NCBI RefSeq assembly: GCF_000143415.4
Contig: NW_003314271.1
Coordinates: 744,001-808,000 of the forward strand
Source: Selaginella moellendorffii
Lineage: Eukaryota; Plantae; Lycopodiophyta
Reading direction: 5' to 3'
Length of the DNA: 64,000 nt
Part shown: piece by piece, positions 1 to 12,300 of the stretch
Layout of the letters: every line of letters begins with the position of its first letter
Position numbering within the stretch: the first letter of the stretch is position 1
Program-made: the position numbers and the translations under genes
Notes under the pieces: model-generated
What the model was told of the DNA's origin: nothing
Databases searched by the model: none
What the model saw: only the letters and a program-made list of their open reading frames with translations

Positions 1-864
1 TTTATATGAGAGTCATTTTTATAATTTTAAATTGACTTAATACTGATCAAACCATTACTAAAGTTGAGGTATTTTACTCAATTTCATTAAGGTTGGTAAT
101 GTTTTTTTGGCGTTTAAGGAACTCCCAATATAAATCTAATAATAATCTTTATGAAGATTATGTTGAATTTAAAATTTGTGATTAAAATATTAGATTTATT
201 TAAACATATAATGTTTCTATTTTATATTTCTAAATTGATGTTTTTTTAAAAAAATATATTTTGTTTAGTTATAAAATACATTTTTAACAATATAATTAAA
301 TATAATTAAATGTTAATTTTTGTGAAAAATTTATGGTACTTATGTTAGGGTTAGGCTTAATAAATAAGCACAACAGAGCAAAATTTCTTCATAAACATTG
401 GCAACTCTGGAAAATATGAAGTCACATAAATATTTATTTATATTCATATCTATGTGTTTATTTAGTTTTTTTAAAATATTATTTTAATAGTATTAGTATC
501 TCTTAAAAACATTTGAGAAGAAGTTTATTTTTAAATTCTAAATATAAAGAGTATTTTTACATAGTTTTTTCTAAAATTTAGTCTATGTAATCATGAAATA
601 TATAAATTAAAATATTAAAGTGTCAAATAGTAAAACTAATTCAGATGTGAAATTTATCGCTTGATCTAAAGAGTAATAAAAATGTTATAAATAATAATTT
701 TATAGAATTTATTTAGAAATATTATAAATTCACTATTGTTTATTCTTCCATTAAAATTTTTTTTCTTAATTGACTTTAAGAAAATGTTTTTGACATATAT
801 AATCTAAGTTTATATTTATGAGCTTTTACCAATTTAATTATAGTTTTTAAGTTGCAGAAAATAT

Positions 865-2781
865 TTAACCGGAGTTCTCTGCATAGATGTTAGACAGGAG
901 CGTGTAGGGAGTATCAAGAGCTTGGCGATGGAGGAGCACAAACTTGGAGGCCCTCTCAGCTCTAGCACGGTCACTGTGCGTCTTACATGCGCTCAGCAAG
1001 ATCGTCCAGGACACAAGATCAGGAAGAAACGGCATGCCAAGTATGAGCTCCTCGGCCTCCTCGAGCCTCCCGGCCCGCCCCAGCGCGTCCAGCACGCAAT
1101 GGTAGTGCTCCACCACCGGGACGATGGCGTGATCCTGGATCATCGCTCGAAACTGGCGCACCCCCTGCGCCATCTTCCCGACGTGGCTGGCCGACGTGAG
1201 GATCGAAACCATCGTCACCGCGTCCGCCTCCATGCCCTCCAGCTCCATCACCCGGAACAGCTCCAGCGACTCCTTGTAGCGAGCGGTGCGAGCATACGCC
1301 GCGATCATCCCGTTCCACGACACCGTGTCGCGCACCGGCATGGCATCGAACAGCTCCTTGCCTCGATCCACAAGCCCGTGCTGGCAGAAGATCGCGATCA
1401 TGGCGTTCCAAGGCAGTACCAAGCTCTTGTGATGAACCGGCATCGTCTCAAAGAGCTCCACTGCCACCGAGAGCTGCCGGTTGTGCGCGTAGGCCAGGAT
1501 CATCGCTGTCCAGGTGACCGCGTCCCTGTCCGCCACCCCGTCGAAGATCTTCTTGGCTCGATCCAGCTCGCCGTGCTGCGCGAACGCCGTCAGCATCGCG
1601 GTCTTGGCAACCGACGTTGGCTCCGGCATCCTCTCGAAAAGAAGCTTGGCCGACTCAAGCTCCCCGGCCTGAGCATACGCCTGGATCATGGTCGTCCACG
1701 AGATCCTGTCACTCTCCGGCATCGCCTCGAAAAGCCCACGAGCCTGGCTCAAGCACCCGGCCTCGGCATTCGCAGAAACCATCGCGTTCCACGACACCAC
1801 GTCCCTCCCCGGCATCAGACCGAAGAGCTCCCTGGCTTGATCCAGCTGCCCGTTGCTGGAGAAGGCTGCGATCACTGCGTTCCACGACACCACGTCCGGC
1901 TCTGGGATCCGGTCGAAGAGCTCTTTGGCCTGGACCACCCTCTTGCTCACTGCGTATGCCTGGATCATCGAGTTGAGGCACACCACGTCCCACTCAGGCA
2001 CCCGGTCGAAGACGCTGGCCGCGCTGTGGAGGTCGCCGTGCTGCGAGTAGGCTCCCAGCATCGCTGTGCACGACACCACCGTCCGGCTCAGCATGCTGTG
2101 AAAGACGAGCCTCGACTTGTGGAGATGCCCGAGCTGGGCATACGCCTGGATCATCGCAGTGCACGATATCAGCTCGTGCCGGGACATCTTCTCAAACGTT
2201 GCTCTTGCCTCGGCGGGACGGTCGGCTTGAGAGTACGCTGTGACGATCGCGGACCACGAGACGAAGTTGAGCTCGGGCATGGCGTCGAACATCCGCTTCG
2301 ACTCGTCGAGATGCCCGGCTTGGGCATAGGTGGCCATCATCGCTGTCCAGGAAACCACGTCCCGTTGAGGCATCCGGTCGAACAGGAGCTTCGCCGGACC
2401 GAGCTCCCCGAGCTGGGCATAGCCTTGGACGATGGAAGACCAGGAGACTATGTCACGCTGTCCCATTCTCTCGAACAAGCACCTGGCGGTGGCGAAGTCC
2501 CCGTTCTGGGCATAGGCCGAGATGATGATGTTCCACGAGTAGACGTTGGGCTGGAAGATTGAGTCGAAGACCGAGCGAGCAGCGTCGAGGTTGTGGCATT
2601 TGCCATACATCTGGACGAGCAGGTTGGCGAGATATCTGTTGCTCCTGTGCGGGCTCTGCTGGATGCTCGAGTGGAGATGGCTGCCGAGGAGTAAGTCCCT
2701 GGCATTCCCACACGACTTGAGGAGCTCGGCAAAGTCGGAGACGGTGGCGTTGCTGAGGTTTCCATGGAGCCGGACTCTCAT
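865..2781 (-). CDS. PLS-class pentatricopeptide repeat protein with long S/SS tract and truncated E domain, no DYW; probable organellar RNA-editing factor
   Basis: Intronless 638-aa ORF with repeated 31-aa motifs (RDVVSWNAMI.AYAQ.G.L..A..LFD.MP). Ends in the E-domain motif HYHCVLDALGRAGRLEEAEELILGMPFLPDLVSWTILLSACKTH. Confidence 0.93.
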   Translation of the reverse strand: MRVRLHGNLSNATVSDFAELLKSCGNARDLLLGSHLHSSIQQSPHRSNRYLANLLVQMYGKCHNLDAARSVFDSIFQPNVYSWNIIISAYAQNGDFATARCLFERMGQRDIVSWSSIVQGYAQLGELGPAKLLFDRMPQRDVVSWTAMMATYAQAGHLDESKRMFDAMPELNFVSWSAIVTAYSQADRPAEARATFEKMSRHELISCTAMIQAYAQLGHLHKSRLVFHSMLSRTVVSCTAMLGAYSQHGDLHSAASVFDRVPEWDVVCLNSMIQAYAVSKRVVQAKELFDRIPEPDVVSWNAVIAAFSSNGQLDQARELFGLMPGRDVVSWNAMVSANAEAGCLSQARGLFEAMPESDRISWTTMIQAYAQAGELESAKLLFERMPEPTSVAKTAMLTAFAQHGELDRAKKIFDGVADRDAVTWTAMILAYAHNRQLSVAVELFETMPVHHKSLVLPWNAMIAIFCQHGLVDRGKELFDAMPVRDTVSWNGMIAAYARTARYKESLELFRVMELEGMEADAVTMVSILTSASHVGKMAQGVRQFRAMIQDHAIVPVVEHYHCVLDALGRAGRLEEAEELILGMPFLPDLVSWTILLSACKTHSDRARAERASKFVLLHRQALDTPYTLLSNIYAENSG

Positions 2782-3130
2782 GCCACTTTGATCCTCCCTC
2801 GTCTAGACATCTTTGATCCTAGGTGTAGAAACTGCAAGCAGAGGTTGTTACTAAGGCGCTAGAAACATCAAACTAGCCTTTGGTTTCTCGAGAAGAAGCT
2901 GGAGATAATGATACCTTCAACTCGGAGATGGGCGATGTTGGATCAAGACACTAGCAAAGCAAAAGTTTTCGTTACAAGATCAAAACAAAAACTAAAACAA
3001 AATCTCACCTTGAATCACTAGAAACATTCTCAAGAGGAGCTAAAGTTCCCTGGAAATGAAACGAAGAGAATGGTCATGACAAGGGAGAGCGAGAGCTACA
3101 AACCTTACCCAGAAGAAGAAGAACTTGGCT

Positions 3131-4081
3131 TCAAGCTCGAGGATCCATTCCATGCTGCCACACGTAGACAGTCTCGTCCCAGGCGGTGCTCGCCAGCAAT
3201 CCCTCGACGTGAGGACTCATGTCGATCCCAATCGCAAACTCGGTGTGATGGTCATACCGCGCGAGCAGCGCGTCCTCTGGAGCCATGTAGTCCCACATAC
3301 ACACCGTCATATCGTAAGAGCACGAAGCTATGACGCTGGCGTGGTGTGGCGAGAACTTGACCCTCCTCACAGCGTAGCCGTGCCCCTGGAGAGAGCTCAT
3401 CTCCCGCCGGGGATTCCTCACGTCCCAAACTTTGATCGTCTTGTCCACCGATCCAGAGACGAGCACGCACTCGTTATACTTGCTCCAGTCGCACGCCAAG
3501 ATCTCGAGCTGGTGCCCCGGGATGACGAGCGATGCGTGAGGATCTCTCACGTCCCACACCCGGAGCGTGCAATCCCCGGAGGCCGTCAGGAACACATCGG
3601 CGTGGCGCGGATTCCACACCGCCGTGTAGACGCAGTACGAGTGCTCCGCGAACGTCCGGAGCGATCGCGGCGCGTCGATCGCCCACAGCTTGGCGGTGTC
3701 GTCCCAGGCGGAGCTGAGGAAGCAGTCCTTGCGGACGAGATTCCAGTCGACCGAGTTGACCTCGTGGCCGTGCTCCTCGAAGCTGCGGATGGGATTGGCG
3801 TGGCGGGGGAGGGCCGTGTCCCAGACCTTGACGCTGCCGTCGGCGCTGGCGGAGACGAGGATGTGCTCGTTGTCCTCGGCCCAGGTGCAATCGTAGAGGC
3901 CGTCGGCGGTGTCGAAGCTGCACAGCTCCGCGATGCCGCCCGAGGGATGGAGCTGGAGAACGTACTGGCGGCCGTTGCCGATGATCCCGAAATTCTGCGA
4001 CGTCGCCACCGCCAGAAGCGTCTCGGAGAAGGGGCTGAATTCCACCGAGTAGCCATTGAAGGCCGCCTTGAACGCCGGCAT
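3131..4081 (-). CDS. PEX7: Peroxin 7, PTS2 receptor (WD40)
   Basis: Intronless 316-aa ORF. N-terminus FNGYSVEFSPF..LAVATSQNFGIIGNGRQYVL, then DGLYDCTW, HGYAVRRVKFSPH and HHTEFAIGIDMS motifs typical of PEX7. Confidence 0.96.
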   Translation of the reverse strand: MPAFKAAFNGYSVEFSPFSETLLAVATSQNFGIIGNGRQYVLQLHPSGGIAELCSFDTADGLYDCTWAEDNEHILVSASADGSVKVWDTALPRHANPIRSFEEHGHEVNSVDWNLVRKDCFLSSAWDDTAKLWAIDAPRSLRTFAEHSYCVYTAVWNPRHADVFLTASGDCTLRVWDVRDPHASLVIPGHQLEILACDWSKYNECVLVSGSVDKTIKVWDVRNPRREMSSLQGHGYAVRRVKFSPHHASVIASCSYDMTVCMWDYMAPEDALLARYDHHTEFAIGIDMSPHVEGLLASTAWDETVYVWQHGMDPRA

Positions 4082-4419
4082 TGCTAGAGCGAGCTACCTT
4101 GTGCCAAGAGCCCTAAATTTCTTTCATTGGGCAATCCGCCAAATCTTCCACCAATTGCTTGAATCTGGATTGATAATCGTGACTTCGCTGCAATTGACCA
4201 TACCAAGCGATCGCGCTCTAGAATTCCTCCCCCAGCAAGAAAGCAAGATCTCTATTCATGACTATACCCAGCGATAGTGCTCTAGAATTCCAGCAGCTTG
4301 CCAAGAACCATAAATTTCTTTCGAATTGAGCGATCGTTCTAGCAAGAACGAGCAAGATTTCTATCATCGATCGTCGTGCAAATGAGAAGAGCCCTAGTGA
4401 ATAGCATTTCTCCTATTTT

Positions 4420-6486
4420 ATGATCCAGAGAGCCCTGATCAGGAGCAAGAGCGTCGACGATCTCGCGCAACTCATCCGCGCCGCCGGCGACGCCAGGGAT
4501 CTTCCCCGAGCCGCGCAGCTCCACGCCTCGATCTTCACCAACAGCAACACTTGGAGAAGCGATGATCATCGCTTCCTCGCGAATCTCTTTGTCCAGACCT
4601 ATGGCAAATGCGGCAGGACCGCAGTCGCGCGCCAGATCTTCAACGCCACTGCCCAGCGCAACGCATACTCCTGGAACAACATCGTTACCGCATATGCCCA
4701 AGACGGGCATCTGGAGGAATCGAGCCGGATCTACGCGAAAATGCCCAAGAACAGCCCCATTGCGTGCTCGGCGATGGTCACGGCATTCGCGAAGCACGGC
4801 GATTTCCACCGCGCCAAGGCCCTGTTCGATGGAGCGCCCGTGCGAGATCTCGCGATGTGGAACTCCATGCTCTCGGGATTTTCCGAGAGCGGCGATCTCG
4901 CTGGCGGCGAGGCTACGATTGAGAGAATGCCGGAGACGAGCGTGATCTCCTGGACAGCCCTGCTCCACCTCCTTTGCCGCCTCGATCGCCTGGAGCTCGC
5001 CAAGGATATCTTCGATCGGATGCCCGGCCGCAACGAGCTCGCCTGGACGATCATCTTCCAGGCCTGCGCCGTGAGATCACTTCTCCTCGATGCTAGAGCT
5101 GTGCTCGATCGAATGCCCGCGCAGAGCCTCTCGTCGTGGACGGAATTGATGTCGCTCTACGCGGATCACGGCCAGATCGAGCAGGCCAAGGCCGTGTTCT
5201 TCGATTCCATGCCCGATCAAGACGTCGTCTCGTGGACAACGATGATCCGGGTGCTAGCGGCGCATGGAGGCTTCGCTGAGGCGGAGGAGATCTTTGCCAG
5301 GATGCCGCGGCACGACGCCATCGCATGGACCGCGATTATAGCTGCAAATGCCGAGAAGGGGGATCTGGAGAGGTCGCAAAGGCTGTTCCATCTGATGCCG
5401 GAGAGGACGATTGTCACCTGGAACATCCTCCTCCACGCACAGTCCAGAATCGGGGATCCAGACTCTGCGCAACTCGTGTTCGATCGAATGCCGCAGCGCG
5501 ATCCAGTGTCGTGGAACATCCTCGTCGCGGGCATTGCCGCGCGGGGGCGGCCTGATCGCGCGAACGAGATTCTCGAGCGCGATGCCCCGGAGCGAAGCGT
5601 GACGCTCCTCAACACGATGATTACGGCGCTGGCAGAGCAAGGCCGACCCGACGCCGCGAGGAAGCTCTTCGACTCCATGGCGGCCAAGAACATCGTGTCC
5701 TGGACGGCCATCATCGCCTCGGGCGCGCTCAACGATCGCCTCGAGATTTCCAAGCTCGCCTTCCAGAGGATGCCGCAGACGAACCTCGTCGCGAGGATCG
5801 CGATGCTCTCGGCCTATTCCCTCCACGGTGCCATAGCCGACGCCAAGAAATCCTTCGACGCGCTAGGCAGCTGGAATGCCATAGCCTGGAATTCGCTGCT
5901 CGCCGCGTATTCCCAGCACGATCGCCTCGACAAGGCCGAGAGCATGTTCCAGAGAATGCCGAACTGGGATTCTTTCGCCTGGACGACGATGATGACCGCC
6001 TATTCCCGTGCCGGGCTGCTCGATCTGGCACTGGGAGTCTTCGATTCCATGCCGGATCGCGATATTATCACCTGGAACGCAGCGATCGCCGCGTTTGGCC
6101 AGAACGGGCACCCGGTCACCTCGATCCGCCTCTTCCAGCTCCTCATCCTCGACGGCGCCGAGCCAAACGACGCCTCCTTCCTGAGCGCGCTCACGGCGTG
6201 CAGCCATGGCGGCCTCCTCGCCCTAGGCCATTCCATCTTCCTCTCCATCGCGGCGGATCACGGCGCCATGCCGAGCCGGCAGCACTACAGCTGCGTGATC
6301 GATCTCCTGGGCCGCGCTGGAAAGCTTGGCAGCGCGCAAGACCTCGTTAAGAACATGCCATTCCTCCCAAACTCCATCGCCTGGGGATCCATCCTGGGCG
6401 CGCTCAAGCTCCATTGCCGCCAAGACCAAAGGCGGGAAATTTTGCCCAATTTAAACGAGAGAACCGTACAAATGTTTCAATCTTAG
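4420..6486 (+). CDS. PLS-class PPR protein with partial E domain
   Basis: 688-aa intronless ORF with tandem S-type PPR motifs. Ends in QHYSCVIDLLGRAGKLGSAQDLVKNMPFLPNSIAWGSILGALKLH. Confidence 0.92.
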   Translation: MIQRALIRSKSVDDLAQLIRAAGDARDLPRAAQLHASIFTNSNTWRSDDHRFLANLFVQTYGKCGRTAVARQIFNATAQRNAYSWNNIVTAYAQDGHLEESSRIYAKMPKNSPIACSAMVTAFAKHGDFHRAKALFDGAPVRDLAMWNSMLSGFSESGDLAGGEATIERMPETSVISWTALLHLLCRLDRLELAKDIFDRMPGRNELAWTIIFQACAVRSLLLDARAVLDRMPAQSLSSWTELMSLYADHGQIEQAKAVFFDSMPDQDVVSWTTMIRVLAAHGGFAEAEEIFARMPRHDAIAWTAIIAANAEKGDLERSQRLFHLMPERTIVTWNILLHAQSRIGDPDSAQLVFDRMPQRDPVSWNILVAGIAARGRPDRANEILERDAPERSVTLLNTMITALAEQGRPDAARKLFDSMAAKNIVSWTAIIASGALNDRLEISKLAFQRMPQTNLVARIAMLSAYSLHGAIADAKKSFDALGSWNAIAWNSLLAAYSQHDRLDKAESMFQRMPNWDSFAWTTMMTAYSRAGLLDLALGVFDSMPDRDIITWNAAIAAFGQNGHPVTSIRLFQLLILDGAEPNDASFLSALTACSHGGLLALGHSIFLSIAADHGAMPSRQHYSCVIDLLGRAGKLGSAQDLVKNMPFLPNSIAWGSILGALKLHCRQDQRREILPNLNERTVQMFQS

Positions 6487-6578
6487 AAATTTTTGGAAGC
6501 TCTTGCGAATCGATCTGTGGAGTGTTCCAAAGTGTATAAACAATGTTATGTTAGAAGGAAGAACGCATTGTCTCGCGT

Positions 6579-9038
6579 CTATAAGTAGCCCATACTCTTT
6601 TTGTATTGGAGCTCCTCTTTCCAAGTGACAATATCAGCAATCCAGTCGCCACTGCCACTGCGCTGTGAAAAATCTGTGCGTTTCTTATTGCCAGTAGTTC
6701 CAAACACTGCAAACACAATAGATCATAGAACTTGTCACCAACTTGGAAAACTTGTCACAAACTTGGAGTGTACCTTCGTTTAAGCTGCAGCTATTTGCTC
6801 CCTTGAAGATCTTGTCCGGATCCATCTGGGCCTGTTTAGCTAGCTGAGGCAGCAGGTTCTCCTTGCTGCAAAGATCAACACGAAGAACTCTGAGAAAAAA
6901 GAGAAAAAGAGAAAACGAAGAACAAACAGAAAATAAAAACTTACTTTGCCCAACGCGGTATTGGCTTCACGGGCCTCTTCGGCTTCCTCGGATTTTGGTT
7001 CTCCTTGTCATCGTCATCGTCGTCGTCAGAGGAGCTTTTGTAAGGAGAGATTTCGTAGGAGGCTGGGCCTGGATCTTCTTCTTCGTCTTCTTCTTCGTCC
7101 TCGTCCACCATCTTACCACCCAAAAGAGATGGGCAGAACTGTTGCTTGTGATCTAGCACGGCTGGCGTTCCCAGGTAGCTCTCAACACCATTCAGGCTCG
7201 TTTTGGAAGCGCTCAGTGAGACTGCCTTGCGTTGAGCCGTGCCACTCGGTACCCGAAGCGCATGGCCGAGCAGCCCGAGCGACTGTTCCCTTTGAACGTA
7301 AAGTTCCTGGCTGCCTGATACCTTCTCTAAAGGTCGTTGCTGCTCTTTCTCCAGCATTTTCATCCGTTGGAAGACTTCTTCTCTGCGCTTTTTCTCGGCC
7401 TCCCTGCTAGCGAACCAGTTGGCTTTCGTCTCCTCCGCTTCCTTCCTCCTCCGCTCTGCTTGCCTCTCCTTTTCTAGCCTTTGCTCCTTCTTCATCCTCA
7501 GCTCATCATCAACTCTTCTCCGCTTGTTCTTCAACTCTTCGTCTTTCCTCCTCTGTTCTTCCTCCAGCTTCTTCAATCTCTTCCGCTCGAGGTCACCCTT
7601 GACTTCTAAAGGTCGTTTGGTTGTCTTACCGCGCACGTCTTTTTTCCCTACCGAGACAAGCAAAATGTTAGCATAGGACAAGATGCGTGAAGATCGAGTA
7701 ACACAAACCATTTGCGATGGACTTCTGCTGAGTAACGAGAGGGACAAATGACTTCAGGTTTGTCGCGATGGACACGGTGGGTTTTTGCTGAGTGATCAGT
7801 GGGAGAAATGACCTCATGTTTGAAACCAAGTTCTGCTTCAAGTGAATGCTCTCCTCTTCTTCTCCTGCAGAACCTGGTTCTGAAACTATTGTGCTGACAG
7901 CTGCTCTCTCCTTTTCGTTCTCCTGGAAGTTTGTTTGCTCCGTTACTAGCATAACCTCCAATTCTTCCTGGTCAGGTGCTACTTTCTCCTGGTCTAGTTT
8001 CCCTTCTTCCTCTATAGTTGCTCTGTCCTTTTCGTTCTCCTGAAAGTTCGTTTGCTCCGCTGTGCTGACAGTTCCTCTCTCCTCCTGGAAGTTCGTTTGC
8101 TCCGTCACTGATTCTTCCTGGTCAGGCCCTGCTTTCTCCTGATCTTTCTCCTGGTCTGGCTTCCTTTCTTCCCCTACACTTGCAATCGAGGCAACTTGTT
8201 CTTCCTGATAACCTACTGTGCTGACAGCACCCTCCTGGAAGTTCGTGTGCTCCGTTACTATTTCTTCCTGGTCAGGCCCTGCGTCTGGCTTCCTTTCTTC
8301 CTCTACACTTGCAACCGAGGGAGCTTGTTTTTCTTCCTGATAAACTACTGTGCTGACAGCTTTCTCCTGTTCGTTCTCCGTTTGCTCCGCTACTAATTCT
8401 TCCTGGTCAGGCCCTGCTTTCTCCTCACTTGCAGCCGCGACAACTTGTTCTTCGCCGTGATAAACTATAGTGCTGACAGCTCTCTCCTTTTCGTTCTCCT
8501 GGAAGTTCGTTTGCTCCGTTACTAAATCTTCCTGGTCAGGCCCTGCTTTCTCCTGATCTAGCTTCCTTTCTTCCTCTACACTTGCAACCGACCTAACTTG
8601 TTCTTCTTCCTGATCAACTGTGCTGACAGCTCTCTCCTTTTCGTTATCCTCACCCAATTCTTCCTGGTCCGGCCCTGCTTTCTCCTGCTCTGTTTCCTCC
8701 TCCACATTTGCAACCGAGAAGGCAAATTGTTCTTCTTCCTGGTTTGGCTCCTGCTCTGGTTCTGGAAATGCTGTGCTGACAGTTCCTCTCACCTTTTCAT
8801 TCTCCTGGAAGATCCTTTGCTCCTTCTCTAGCAAGACGCCACCGTCTTCCTGGTAAGGCCTAGCTTTCTCCTGGTCTGGCCCTTCCTCCTCTAAAACCTT
8901 CTTCTTGAGACTTACGGGAGGAAGAAGTACCCGCATCAGCGAGTGCATCGAGGCCACAAAGTACTGCTTCTGCTGATGGAACTGCGCATCCGCATTCTCT
9001 ATCGTCTCGAGGAGAAGGTGTATTCTCGCCTCCTCCAT
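6579..9038 (-). CDS. INCENP: INCENP-like chromosomal passenger protein (WYRD-like), about 4 exons
   Basis: Approximate exons 9038-7709, 7647-6945, 6865-6773, 6706-6579 with GT-AG borders. A charged coiled coil is followed by an IN-box-like C-terminus: SYEISPYKSS...KPIPRWA / ENLLPQLAKQAQMDPDKIF / DFSQRSGSGDW. Confidence 0.82.
7860..8890 (-). repeat. In-frame imperfect tandem repeats, about 6 units of 30-55 aa, in INCENP exon 1
   Basis: Recurrent peptide EKAGPDQEELVTEQTNFQENEKERAVST..QEEEQV.SVASVEEERK; recurrent DNA ttcttcctggtcaggccctgctttctcc and gtgctgacag. Confidence 0.9.
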
Positions 9039-9356
9039 GGCTTCTAAACCTTAGCGAGCGCCCAGCCTACTCTGATTCTAGAGAAATTTCACAGCACAAG
9101 CAGATCTTTACCGGTTTTCCCCGCCCATACCCTAGCCCGCCTACCCGGAGCCAAAGCGAGCTCCTCCACGCCTCGCCATAGCTTCGCTCCTTAGGGCAAG
9201 GTAAAGAAAATGCGAGAGAATATTCGTACGAACACATCCGAGCCGTCCGCTTTAATGCGATCGACGGCTTAGGGTGCCCTTACCGTTATAGCTCCGAGTA
9301 CTTTAAAGTTTTTTGGAGAGAGAAGGGGGCGCCCTGGATTTCGATCATGCGTAGCG

Positions 9357-12300
9357 ATGGCTGATGCGATTCGCGGGGAGGAAGATCCCAAGCTCCTGGA
9401 TTCGAGAGGCGGCCGCCGCGATCACAGCGCCGATCGCCAGAAGAAGCAGCGGAGGGTGGATGCATCCAGCAGCCGCGACGATGGCGAGGCGACCGAGAGC
9501 TCGGAGAGCTACAGCGACGACGAAGAGAGGTATGTGAGGAGCAGCAATAGGTCGTGGAAGAAGAGATTTGGGCCAGCAAAGAAACGATTCATCGATGTGG
9601 ATTATCAAGAGGTGTTTCGAGCTCCACCGTTTTGTTTCCAAAAGAGAATAGCTCGGATCGATTGGAGGACACTGCATGCCATCGAAGTGGATGGACTCAT
9701 CCAAGAAATCGGTAAGAATGTAGGTCCTTTGATTACTTTTATTTATTTATTTATTTGAGTTATCTTTGTAGACATTGGAAAACTAGAGACTGTTCTTGAT
9801 ACTATAGCGTTTGGAGACATCCAAGGTGAAGATACTCGTAACTTCACCGAGCAAAACTTCATCAAGCTTTTTCGTCTTGCTCAATTGATGGTACGTGAGA
9901 CTTCTACTCTAGAGGAATTTTCTTTTCTGACTTTTATCTTAGCAGATCGAGTATCTTCTTCATGTCCAAACTGTTCTAGCGGATCAAAAATCACAGTTGA
10001 TCGCTGCCGTATCAGGTGCTCGGAGAAAAGGTGAAAAACTGAGGCTGCGCTGTCTCTGGCAACACGACGCTCTAAAGCAGTCCCAGAAGGATTTGAAGCA
10101 TGCCAGAAAGGTTCATTTGCTCGACATTACAATAATGGTTTATATTTATATTGCAGACACTAAAAACTTACGAGGGTCTTTTGCGTTCCAATGGAAAGCA
10201 AGCTGCTGTCCAACAGCAGGTTAGCACCGAAAAAGAAATTAAAAACGAACGCTCTAAGAACTTAACTTGACCCAGTTCTCATCACTCAACTCTGGGGATG
10301 TGTGTTCTTGAGCTCTTGCTGTTGGTGGTGAACTATACAGGTGCACCATTGTCCTTGCTGTGAGAAGATCTTTGAATCTTCATACTATCTTGTAAGTAAG
10401 AAAGGTCTTCCTTTTTCTTTCTTTCTCTTACGTTACTTTGTAAACAGGATATGCACGTTTCGAGGAGACATCCAAGGCCAACAGATCGCTCCGAGCGAGC
10501 GGATGTTCGATCGGAGAGAGTATCAGGAGAGAGAGCCCCTGTCTATCATCCACCAGTTGCAAGAAGTGTTGAGAAATCTGCCGCACAAGTAAGGATGATC
10601 TTCCATCTCTGATTACAACTTAATTGTCCTTTTACCTACAGGTAAGAGCTGAAACTGAAGCAGTTTTACAAAGAGAATTTGAACGACAACACGGAGGAGT
10701 TTCACATGTAAATTCTTCTCTTTCTTTCTTTTTTCCTACATGCATTTTGACTATCGCAACTTCAGCGTGACGACAGCAGATCTGGTGGTGCTCAGGTAAA
10801 AAACGCAGACCATCTATTCTTTCTAATATTCTTTTTCGTACAGGTGAGTTCTTTGCATCAAACTCTACATGACAGCGGGAGTGAATTTGACGAAGCTGAT
10901 TACCAACTTGGCCTTCCTTACTCACAATCTCATGCCACTCCTGTAAGCGTTTACCTTTTATTCTTTTTCATTTCTATGACACTACCACTGTCGGTAGAGG
11001 TTGCAACGAAGAGATGACTACGAGGTTTTGGAAGATGCTGGAAATGTATGGCAATAAGAATGTTCTTGCGAGTGTTTCAACGAGCTAATTCTTCTGGCTT
11101 TTCTGCAGAGGCTGAGTGACTTGGAACGGAAGTTTGAAGGTGTTGAACATCAAATTCACCACCTCAATAAGGTCACCTAAGAACGTTATCAAATCCTGTT
11201 CTCTAACTTTGAGCCACCCACACCAGGAAAATATCAAACTGAGAACTGAACTAGACGCAGCTTACCGCGAGGTATATCGTAATCGATTGTATTTTACTTG
11301 TTCTTATCATGCTCACAAACAGCTATCTGCTTTGAGATCTGGAAAACGTCAAAGAATGGGAGACAGTCCTCAGGTGCTAAAGGTCAGAGATCTAGAACTG
11401 GGACTCATGTTTTCTTTGTATGCATAGCTTGAGCTGGAGAAGAAGGAAAAGCAGCTAATCAAGTATATGAAAAATGTAAGCAAGTTAGTAAGATCAAAAG
11501 TACAATCTAAATAACTTCACAGCAAGGAAAATCGTCCGGTATCGAAGACTTCACCGTGCAGGAGCATGCAAGAAATGCCAAGTCCTTGAGCGTAAGCAAA
11601 CATGAAACTTTTCGTGCACGTAACTCTGGACGATCCACAAATAACAGGACTGGGTTAGCGACACGGATGATAGATACAGCGACCTCACCATGGGAATCAC
11701 CGAAGAGTTTCGCGATCTCGAGCCACCCGAAGATGCAAGGCTAGTGATTAAGTTCTCTCTCTTCCATTATAGTTAACTAATGGAAACTGTGCAGGAGCCG
11801 GCACTCGGATGAATCGGGACGAAGTAGCGCAGCTTCAAGGCGAAAGCAGCTTGTTGACGTTGATGACGGGACTCCAGTGTCGGACAAGGAACGCTGGGTG
11901 CAAGAGCATCAGTATGCCCCAATACCAGAGAAGTGAGTCTGGCTCTTTGACTCTTTGCTTTAACTTCTTTGAACTCCCTTCTAGGCCTTATGCTTTGTCC
12001 AAATTCCCACACGGTTCGTCTACAGTGAGTACTATGCATGGAAGAATGGCCGCGGTAAGAACAAAAGCCCCTTTTTACTTCGTTGTGTAAGCTTACATTT
12101 TATATTTTGTCTAGCAATTCGAACAGAAGCTGAATGCCGAACTGAAGAAGTTTGGGATCTCAGCAAACTCGAAAGGAATCAGGTCCGTGTTTGAGGTTCC
12201 CAAATCAAATATATTGTTCCGAACTTCTCTTGTATTGTAACCAGTGACGAGATGCTCAAAGCGGCACTATCAACACTAGAAAGGCAACGAAGAACTCGCT

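Noticed and set aside
922-2562. 546-aa plus-strand ORF opposite PPR1, and similar antisense ORFs over PEX7, PPR2 and the AT-hook gene
   Set aside because: Shadow frames of GC-rich coding DNA with no recognisable motifs.
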